A DNA stretch of 64,000 nucleotides, taken from contig CAYPCX010000002.1 in assembly GCA_964409365.1 (NCBI GenBank), positions 160,984-224,983 of the forward strand, read 5' to 3'. The stretch is from an uncultured Planctomycetia bacterium (GTDB lineage Bacteria; Omnitrophota; Gorgyraeia; Tantalellales; Tantalellaceae). This document shows positions 57,315 through 64,000 of this stretch, piece by piece. Under the pieces are notes generated by a model. It did no database searches and was not told the origin of the DNA. It saw only the letters and a list, made by a program, of their open reading frames with translations. Numbering within the stretch: position 1 is the stretch's first letter; every line of letters starts with the position of its first letter. The position numbers and the translations under genes are program-made.

Positions 57315-57331
57315 TACAGAACCTAACCTGT

Positions 57332-57395
57332 GAACGCCCCCGATCCCTTCCGGCTTTGCCAAGCGAGCCGGGGGAGGGGGCGTTTCACTTTTACA
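57332..57395 (+). terminator. Rho-independent terminator of the 13,091-aa gene
   Basis: Long imperfect hairpin GAACGCCCCC...GGGGGCGTTtC (57332-57386) with an inner CCGGCT/AGCCGG pairing, followed by the T-tract cacttttac. It begins 18 nt after the TAA. Confidence 0.55.
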
Positions 57396-57481
57396 GTAAA
57401 TCTTTACCATGTAATAAGTTATGTATTTATCCACATCTTCTCCCGGATATAGTTAGGTTTTAAAATAGTTAGATTAGGTGG

Positions 57482-57510
57482 TTGACATTATTATATAATA
57501 TGTTAATATA
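57482..57510 (+). promoter_or_regulatory. Candidate promoter region for the third giant gene (TTGACA at 57482-57487 in a very AT-rich stretch; -10 ambiguous)
   Basis: ggTTGACAttattatataatatgttaatatataaac. Several TATAAT-like hexamers occur at non-ideal spacing, and GTTAGG-like motifs lie immediately upstream (57453, 57473). Confidence 0.25.
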
Positions 57511-57693
57511 TAAACATATAATTAGCATATTAAAAAGTCAGAAATTTACCGTTTTAGGAGATGCGTTGATAATAGTATTATTATGCGATATTTAGACAAC
57601 GGGAAGGGATTTGTGCAGTTCGGGTAAGTGAACTTGTTTAATAAGATAGTTATATATTGTGATAAGTAATACAAAACTGAGAATATAAGGGTT

Positions 57694-60600
57694 ATGAGGC
57701 AAAACAGAGCATTTCTTAAGATCATAGCGGTTATCGTAGCGGGTGTTTTCCTGCACCAGCAGATTGTGTGGGCGGCGGGGGATATGACAGGTCCGGTAAA
57801 GCCGGTTCCCGCGCGCGCCAATACAGCCCGTTCGGAAGTCGTTCACGATATTCGCGTTCCCAGCGACCTTGCCCAGCTGGACGAGATCGGCATGAACGGC
57901 AGCCGAGATCTCATAATAAATATCCAGGATTGCCATTCTTCGCTTTCCGCCCAGTATTCTATCGTGGAGATACTGAAACGCCTTCTCCAGGACTACAGCG
58001 TTGATGTAGTGGCCATAGAAGGCGCGACAGGATATGTCGACACGTCCATCCTGAAGACCTTCCCCGATACCGGTATCAAGGAGAAAACGGCCGATTACCT
58101 GATGAAAGAAGGCAAGCTTTCCGCGGGCGAGTTCTTCACGGTCACCTCGAACGAGGATATCGCGCTGTACGGAGTGGAAGATAACGGTCTTTACCGGGAG
58201 AACGTGAAAGTCTTCCGCGATATCTATTCGAAGAACCGCGAAAGCATAGACACGCTCGATCTTATCCTGGAAAAGCTCAGGAAGAAGGAAGACAAGGTAT
58301 ATCAGGAGGACTTGAGCCGCATGGTGTATAAGTCCCGCCTTCACCGCGACGGCAAGATGAGCTTTGATGTCTACTGGGATTTTCTCGAGGAGATTTGCAG
58401 GGAGAGGGGCGTTCCCACCGGGGGATACCCGGCCATCAACGGTTTCATGGACTGCGTCAGCCTGGAAAGGACGATAGGCTTCAGTGAAGCCACTTCCCAG
58501 AGGAAAGAGCTGATCGATGAGCTGATGGAAGGGGCCGCGAAGGAAGATCTTGAAGAAATGGTGCTTAAGTCCCTTTCGTTCGAGAAAGGAAAGATCACGG
58601 AACTGGCGTATCACACCTGGCTTCTGGACCTCGCCGCGAGAAAAGGCGCCCGGACGGAAAAATATACGCAGCTTTACAGGTATGTAGACTACATCGAACA
58701 TTATCAGCGGCTTAACATCATCGGTCTCCAGAAAGAACTGGATCGTATAGAAGAGAAAGTGCTTGAGGAGCTGTTCTCCTCGCAGGAAGAGCGAGAACTT
58801 TACAGGCTGGTCACCCTGGTAGAGCTTGTGAGGGCGCTTTTTGAGATAAAACTTTCGGGAGAGGACGTATCCCGCCTGTCCAGGAACATGGATAAAGTAA
58901 CGGTGGATGAGGTCATGAGCTTTATTGGAGGTAAGGGCACAAATGACGATCAGGATGCCGTCCTGGATATCAAAAGGCGTTTGGAGATGCTTCTCCCGGA
59001 AGCTAAAAAGGCGCTCAGGTTCTACAAGCTGGCTGAGAAGCGCAACAAGGCGATGTTGGCGAATACGGCATCCACGATGCGCAGAGAAGGCAAGCATGTA
59101 GCCGCCCTTATCTCGGGCGGACACCATTCCCGCGGCCTTACCGAACTCATGAAAGAGAAAGGCCTGTCCTATCTTGTCCTCATGCCTAAATTCTCTTCTG
59201 ACAGGTCCCGCCCGTATATCGCGGTCTTGACGAAAAAGACCGGCCCGTACAGAGAGCTTGCCACGAGCGGCGCGTATGACCTCGCGCTCGAAGCTTATTT
59301 CGACAAAGGGGACCTCGACGCGCTGGAGGAGACGCTGGCCTTCGCCGTGGGGCAGAGCGTCCTGGCCGGGAAGTATACAAAGGTCGAGATAGGAGAGTGG
59401 CTTAAAGCTTACGAAAAGGCTTACGAGGAGCTCGAAGGAAGCGAAAGAGAGCAGGCGCTGGCCGCCAAGGCGATAACGCCGGAAGACCTCAGGGAACGTC
59501 TCGAGAGGCTGGATGTCGTAAGCGTGGATGATGGCGCGTGTGAGATCAAGATAAACGGCAATAGTTACCGCGTGACCGGCGAGGATGTGGAACTTATACA
59601 GCCCGCCATAGAGGGTTTGGAGGTAAGGGCAAAAAAATACCCGGTCCAGGCTTTCAGGATGATGAAAGACCGCTTCGAAAGGGCGAAGGCGGCATGTGAG
59701 GAAATACTGCCCGCCGCGTTCATAGACACGGTCTCAAGATCGGCCGAGAGAGGAAGGATCTTCAAGAACACGATCTCAGTCCTGAAAGCCGGTGCCGGGA
59801 CAGGCTTGACCGAGGCGCTGGGCGGCGTAGCGCTTGCCTGGGCGGCAAGAAAGCAGCGTTCTATACCGATCGCGGGAACGGGTGACCGCGTCCCTGGCGC
59901 ACCTGTATCGTTTGATGATGTAAAAATGATGTCTCCCGACAAATTCCAGGAACTTGTATCTTTTTATAAGTTTCGGGTCGTTTCGGGAAGAAAACATGCC
60001 GTGGTCCTGGCGCATGACGACCTTGATTTCGTGATAAAGATGAGGAACGAGCCGGTCCCGGAAACCGGTGAGGGAGATATAAACGGATCGTTCTACAACT
60101 ACGGGAAGTACGGGAAGATGTCCGGCGTCGGCAGGGCCGAATATTCTATGGCAGGCAATTTGACGGTTTCCCTGGAGAATGGGGTCCAGCTTAGCGATGA
60201 AAATGCCGTACTCCAGGAAAAGACGGATTCATTAGCCGAACTGATTCGCGAGGATGTCGAAGCGGGAAGGATAAAAGAAGCCAAGAATAAGCTTGACGCT
60301 TTCGCGGAAGTGCATGAAAGTGTCGCCGGAGAAGGTCTGGTCGACAAACTCTTCCTGACCGGTCCCGGTAAAAGTACGAGGGAATACTTTACGAACATAG
60401 GGCGGAGCAGGAGGAGCGGGAAGTGGGTCCACGTCGATACCGCCGACCTTACACATGAAGTGCCCCCGGCCGGTGTTCCTGAAGGCGGACTTGATAATGT
60501 CAGAAGCTGGTTCCCTTTCAAAGATAACCCGGAACTGGCAGATCATTTTGACAACCAGATCATGCCGCGGCTGGCAAAACTCGGCAGTAAACTTGACAGC

Positions 60601-63600
60601 GGTCCCCAGCCGTCGCGGCGGTCCATATTACTCCTTGTCGGAGCGGCGGTGTTAGGGTTGGGGATGATCCGCGGCGCTACGGCGCAGGAAAAAGCGCCGA
60701 GACCCGCGGAAGGCGAAAAAAAGCCGCCCATAGTTGCCACGAAAGAGAAGAAAAAAGAGATCCCCAGGCACATTTTAAAAGTAGCCAAGGAAGTGAGAGT
60801 GCCGCGCGAAATCATAGGAGAAAATGAAGAAACCTTCAGGGCCTTTTTGGAGCCTGCGACCTATCTTGTCGACAGGGTTCTTGAATGTACCGATAGCGGA
60901 ATGAGCGCGGGATACAAAAAGGACGTCCGGTTTCTCCTGCTCATGACGGCCCTTTCCGAAAGCTATCTCCAGGGAGAGGCGGCGATCAGGCCCCTGGTCA
61001 AATTTACGCCTTCCACCGCGAAGTACCTTCTGGGTCGTATCGATGCCAGATCCTGCAATCCCGTGTTCGAACAGGCGGCGGACAGGAATTTCTGCGATAA
61101 CTGGAAGGAACTCGTATACCACCTGCCCCCTTGGGAGATAGTGGCGAAAATGGAGGAGAAGGCAAAAAAAGAAGGCAGGAAGTTATTCGCCTATGGTTCA
61201 CATTATCGCGAGTTCGAGACTTTCCTCATGAGCTGGAAAGTCAGGGAGCTTATAGAAAGCGCGCTGGATATGGATTGGAAAGATATTGTTGCCATGCCGG
61301 AAGACGACATAATGGTTACACTGGCAGGCAATGACCTTTTCAATATGATAATGACCAGGTATTATTTTTGGCTCAAACCTGCTCCCGTGCCCAGCTGGAA
61401 AAGGCCGCCGGAAGTATATAAGTATTATGTAGATGTCTTGGGGCCCGGGTCTCCGCTTCCTACCGGGAGATTTGATGAACTAGCCAACCGGGTGAGCAAG
61501 AGCGGTGTTCTTGATGGCATCAAAGGGAGCGTAAGGGAAAAGATAGAGGCCGAGGCGCGGGAGCTGTTAAAGAAAGAGCTCGCGGCAAGAAAACCGAAAG
61601 AAGCAAAAAGACCAGAAGAGGCGAAAAAACCGAGCCCCGTGCAACCCCGGGGGTTAAAACCGGCAAGACCGGAACGTGTTCCGGGAAAAGGGCTATTATG
61701 GGTGCTGGCGGCGCTGGGAGTGGTCGGATTCATTTGCATTATCATATTTTTTGTATGGCAGCCGAAGAAGGCCGGCTCTGCTTCGGGACAGCCGGAAGTC
61801 CACAGGAAATTCGCGGCCGAGGAAAACCTGCGGTGGAAAATAGGGGACCTGTATAAAAAAGAACGGTTCCCGCACCATTTCTGGGAGACGGAACTTGCCG
61901 TGAAGATAGCCGAAGAGATGGGGCTGAAGGATGAGGCGGTCTTTCTGGCTGTAGCGCTGTACGCGCATCATCTCGGCCATGAACCCAGAAAGCGGTATAA
62001 AGCTAAATTTAAGAATATGGATGATATCTTGTCTGAACAATATCCTGATCCTGAACCTGGATCAGGGAAACCATGGCACATACGGGACAAGGTAAGATGC
62101 CTGTTGAAGGATAAGGGTGTCGATGATGCCGCGGAACCCGAACAGAAGTTCGAGGTCTTCTGCGGCGGGATGGCCGGGCTGATGGGAAAGGGCTCTCTCG
62201 ACGGTGAAGAAAAGGAAGTGGCCGCGTCAATGGTCAGCGCCAATTTCTGCGCGCGGAAGATGTTGAAAGAAGCAGATGTAAAACTTCCGGAGGAAGCAGA
62301 GCTGATGCTTGACTATTACGGCAGGTACGGAAAATTCCAAAAAGCGTATGAAGCGGAGCAGGAGCCTATCCGGCAGAGGTGTCCGTCTATCGAGCCCGAG
62401 AACGTGGCTAAGCTTATCGCCGTTATCAGGGTGGCGAGCACGTTCATGAACAGGATAGACCCGGCGGTTCGCGGCGGGCAAAGGGGCGAAGGGACCGACA
62501 CTTTCTATGAGGCGCTGAAATTCGTTATCAAAGATATTGAGGAACAACAAGAGACGGATGGCGTGACTTCCGACGCTGTGGGCAAGCTGCTCATGTTGTT
62601 CAAAGAGCAGGACGAGATCATCAAGTTCACCCTGGCCCAGTACAGGGACGGGGGTGAGAGGCCGGCCATGTCCATACTGCAAAGCGACGGGAGATTTTTG
62701 AGATTTTTGACATATACCAATTATCATCTTATAAAACGCAACATGGACTTGATAGAGAAATATGAAGATTATCAGGAGGGTGTGACTGCGAAATTATACC
62801 GCGACTGGGCAAGAAATATAAGAACCAAGATCATCACAAAGGGCGTAGGCATGTTCGTCGCGGGGCTAGTCTATATCGTGATATTCGCCTGGTTTTATCA
62901 TGTAAGCCCCTTAAACCTCTCCTGGGTGGTCGTAGCCTTGTTTTTAAGCTGTTTCCTGGTGTCGATGGGCTTGTATGAACTTTTCTCGTACTGGTGGTAC
63001 TTGCGGATAGCCTGGCATATCGAAAAGGCCTATGAAGAATCTATGGCCGATCATGCCAGGTCGATCTATCCTGCAATGATAGCCGAGTTGAAAGAAGCGT
63101 GCGGCGAGGCCGATGTAAGCAAGGCAATTAAAACGCTCGTAGAAAAAGGCGGCGGGAAAGACATGGACGATTCCGCAAAAGAGAAGATCTTCGTGGAAGA
63201 GATGCGAAAGATCGCCACGCCTGAAAAACTCGAGGCAAGAGGTGTATCTTATGACAGGGAAGAGTTAGTTGAAAGGCGTAGGGATGATTATATTTGTGAC
63301 GCGATAGCCGTGCGCATTTTCGGCATGCATTTACAGGTTACGCACGGCGGGGATGATTGGGCCAAGCTGGAAGAAAATTTCATGGAACGTTCGATCCATG
63401 GTTTGGTCAGAGATGCCTTGGTGAACATGCACTACCTGAAGATCCGGGAGAAGTCCAGCAAAAAGGTCGCCGAATGGACACAGGAACCGACCATGGAGGA
63501 AATAGGACAGGAGCAGTCCGTTTATGACGTCAGGCTGGCTGAAAAACTCTTTCAGGAAGAAAAGGAAAAATTTCCGATCGCCTGGAGGAATGAAAAAGGA

Positions 63601-64000
63601 AAGTTCGTGAAAACCGAAACCGGTGCGTGGGAGAAACTGCCGCCTATAGTGCGGCAAATAATAGGATGGCACGACCTTTTCGACGATGCGGCAACATACA
63701 TGTTCAGGGCGTCATGGCCATTTTGTTATTTTTATGCCTTTTTTATAGGTGAAAGATTGGAGGTCGACCGCTATAACAAGATACTGAAAGGTACGATGCA
63801 CGACATGCAACCGGTAGCGACATATGCAAACGTTCGCCAGAGCTTAAAACGCGGAGGGGGCAGACGTAATGAGATGAGGTTTGATACAGGCAGTAGGACA
63901 TGGGTCTGGAAGGAAGGGGACGGCGCGGCCCTTACGGCCGGCATAAGCGATGAGCCCAGGGGCAGTGAGCTCAGGCGAACCGTCGTTTCGATCCAGGAAA
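57694..64000 (+). CDS. Third giant-protein gene, 3'-truncated by the window edge (at least 2,100 aa). Its N-terminal module is paralogous to that of the 13,091-aa protein.
   Basis: ATG at 57694 in frame 1. The frame was checked open at 60601, 61681, 62641 and 63961, with no stop before the window end. N-terminus MRQNRAFLKIIAVIVAGVFLHQQIVW aligns with FFLKIVSIILIAIFTHQQIGW of the upstream gene. About 55% identity continues over the following ~480 aa (INIQDCHSSLSAQYSIV vs IHIQDAHASLAAQESIV; AALISGGHHSRGLTELMKEKGLSYLV vs AALITGGYHTKGLTKLMKEKGLSYLV). Confidence 0.75.
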   Translation, partial: MRQNRAFLKIIAVIVAGVFLHQQIVWAAGDMTGPVKPVPARANTARSEVVHDIRVPSDLAQLDEIGMNGSRDLIINIQDCHSSLSAQYSIVEILKRLLQDYSVDVVAIEGATGYVDTSILKTFPDTGIKEKTADYLMKEGKLSAGEFFTVTSNEDIALYGVEDNGLYRENVKVFRDIYSKNRESIDTLDLILEKLRKKEDKVYQEDLSRMVYKSRLHRDGKMSFDVYWDFLEEICRERGVPTGGYPAINGFMDCVSLERTIGFSEATSQRKELIDELMEGAAKEDLEEMVLKSLSFEKGKITELAYHTWLLDLAARKGARTEKYTQLYRYVDYIEHYQRLNIIGLQKELDRIEEKVLEELFSSQEERELYRLVTLVELVRALFEIKLSGEDVSRLSRNMDKVTVDEVMSFIGGKGTNDDQDAVLDIKRRLEMLLPEAKKALRFYKLAEKRNKAMLANTASTMRREGKHVAALISGGHHSRGLTELMKEKGLSYLVLMPKFSSDRSRPYIAVLTKKTGPYRELATSGAYDLALEAYFDKGDLDALEETLAFAVGQSVLAGKYTKVEIGEWLKAYEKAYEELEGSEREQALAAKAITPEDLRERLERLDVVSVDDGACEIKINGNSYRVTGEDVELIQPAIEGLEVRAKKYPVQAFRMMKDRFERAKAACEEILPAAFIDTVSRSAERGRIFKNTISVLKAGAGTGLTEALGGVALAWAARKQRSIPIAGTGDRVPGAPVSFDDVKMMSPDKFQELVSFYKFRVVSGRKHAVVLAHDDLDFVIKMRNEPVPETGEGDINGSFYNYGKYGKMSGVGRAEYSMAGNLTVSLENGVQLSDENAVLQEKTDSLAELIREDVEAGRIKEAKNKLDAFAEVHESVAGEGLVDKLFLTGPGKSTREYFTNIGRSRRSGKWVHVDTADLTHEVPPAGVPEGGLDNVRSWFPFKDNPELADHFDNQIMPRLAKLGSKLDSGPQPSRRSILLLVGAAVLGLGMIRGATAQEKAPRPAEGEKKPPIVATKEKKKEIPRHILKVAKEVRVPREIIGENEETFRAFLEPATYLVDRVLECTDSGMSAGYKKDVRFLLLMTALSESYLQGEAAIRPLVKFTPSTAKYLLGRIDARSCNPVFEQAADRNFCDNWKELVYHLPPWEIVAKMEEKAKKEGRKLFAYGSHYREFETFLMSWKVRELIESALDMDWKDIVAMPEDDIMVTLAGNDLFNMIMTRYYFWLKPAPVPSWKRPPEVYKYYVDVLGPGSPLPTGRFDELANRVSKSGVLDGIKGSVREKIEAEARELLKKELAARKPKEAKRPEEAKKPSPVQPRGLKPARPERVPGKGLLWVLAALGVVGFICIIIFFVWQPKKAGSASGQPEVHRKFAAEENLRWKIGDLYKKERFPHHFWETELAVKIAEEMGLKDEAVFLAVALYAHHLGHEPRKRYKAKFKNMDDILSEQYPDPEPGSGKPWHIRDKVRCLLKDKGVDDAAEPEQKFEVFCGGMAGLMGKGSLDGEEKEVAASMVSANFCARKMLKEADVKLPEEAELMLDYYGRYGKFQKAYEAEQEPIRQRCPSIEPENVAKLIAVIRVASTFMNRIDPAVRGGQRGEGTDTFYEALKFVIKDIEEQQETDGVTSDAVGKLLMLFKEQDEIIKFTLAQYRDGGERPAMSILQSDGRFLRFLTYTNYHLIKRNMDLIEKYEDYQEGVTAKLYRDWARNIRTKIITKGVGMFVAGLVYIVIFAWFYHVSPLNLSWVVVALFLSCFLVSMGLYELFSYWWYLRIAWHIEKAYEESMADHARSIYPAMIAELKEACGEADVSKAIKTLVEKGGGKDMDDSAKEKIFVEEMRKIATPEKLEARGVSYDREELVERRRDDYICDAIAVRIFGMHLQVTHGGDDWAKLEENFMERSIHGLVRDALVNMHYLKIREKSSKKVAEWTQEPTMEEIGQEQSVYDVRLAEKLFQEEKEKFPIAWRNEKGKFVKTETGAWEKLPPIVRQIIGWHDLFDDAATYMFRASWPFCYFYAFFIGERLEVDRYNKILKGTMHDMQPVATYANVRQSLKRGGGRRNEMRFDTGSRTWVWKEGDGAALTAGISDEPRGSELRRTVVSIQE
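57830..59240 (+). other. Paralogous copy of the TraB/Tiki-like N-terminal domain in the third giant gene (TM helix at ~57712-57770)
   Basis: INIQDCHSSLSAQYSIVEIL ... VAIEGATGY ... HVAALISGGHHSRGL. It is ~55% identical to the gene-2 copy across the domain. Confidence 0.4.

Noticed and set aside
18039-57314. Possibility that the 39-kb ORF is an assembly chimera or a run of fused genes
   Set aside because: The frame is continuous. Codon usage and composition are uniform. Domain motifs (SecA, GH5) are intact and in frame tens of kb apart, and the gene has its own promoter and terminator. Only long-read validation can fully exclude collapsed internal repeats.
57315-57693. Small ORFs or ncRNA in the 379-bp AT-rich spacer between gene 2 and gene 3 (track ORFs 57123-57434 and 57546-57821 on the minus strand)
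   Set aside because: The spacer is best explained as terminator (57332-57395) plus promoter and leader for gene 3. The minus-strand ORFs overlap the gene ends and lack start signals. No structured RNA was recognisable by eye.

Overview
This 64-kb window is almost entirely coding on the + strand and is dominated by three co-directional giant ORFs. The first runs 2..17530 (5' end outside the window, at least 5,821 aa). The second is an uninterrupted 13,091-aa ORF at 18039..57314. The third starts at 57694 and runs past the window end (at least 2,100 aa). They are separated by AT-rich intergenic regions of 508 bp and 379 bp that contain sigma70-like promoters, GC-rich hairpin terminators and an unusual family of short repeats (GGTTAGG, GTGTACAC palindromes, and a duplicated gene-end module). 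All three proteins are Lys/Glu/Arg-rich with frequent AGG/AGA and ATA codons. They carry clusters of transmembrane helices scattered along their length and are built from internal tandem repeats, coiled coils and Pro/Ala/Thr linkers. This matches the giant surface/envelope proteins reported from uncultivated lineages such as Omnitrophota; the taxonomic assignment is inference only. The most striking thing readable directly in the sequence is inside the 13,091-aa protein: a complete SecA-like preprotein-translocase ATPase module at ~27540..29330. It has a Walker A GGGKT, a DEAD box, a PPXD-like insert with a GLHQAV motif, and the ATNMAHRGIDI and GRADRG motifs. It is immediately followed by a ~410-aa polytopic membrane domain. 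Further downstream lie a GH5-like (clan GH-A) glycoside hydrolase domain with NEP and GEVG catalytic motifs, a YD/RHS-like beta-rich region, and several HExxH motifs. The second and third genes share a homologous N-terminal module (signal-anchor helix plus a ~480-aa domain with weak TraB/GumN/Tiki-like motifs). No rRNA, tRNA, CRISPR array or mobile element was recognised. The many minus-strand ORFs in the provided track are interpreted as antisense shadows of the giant + strand genes.
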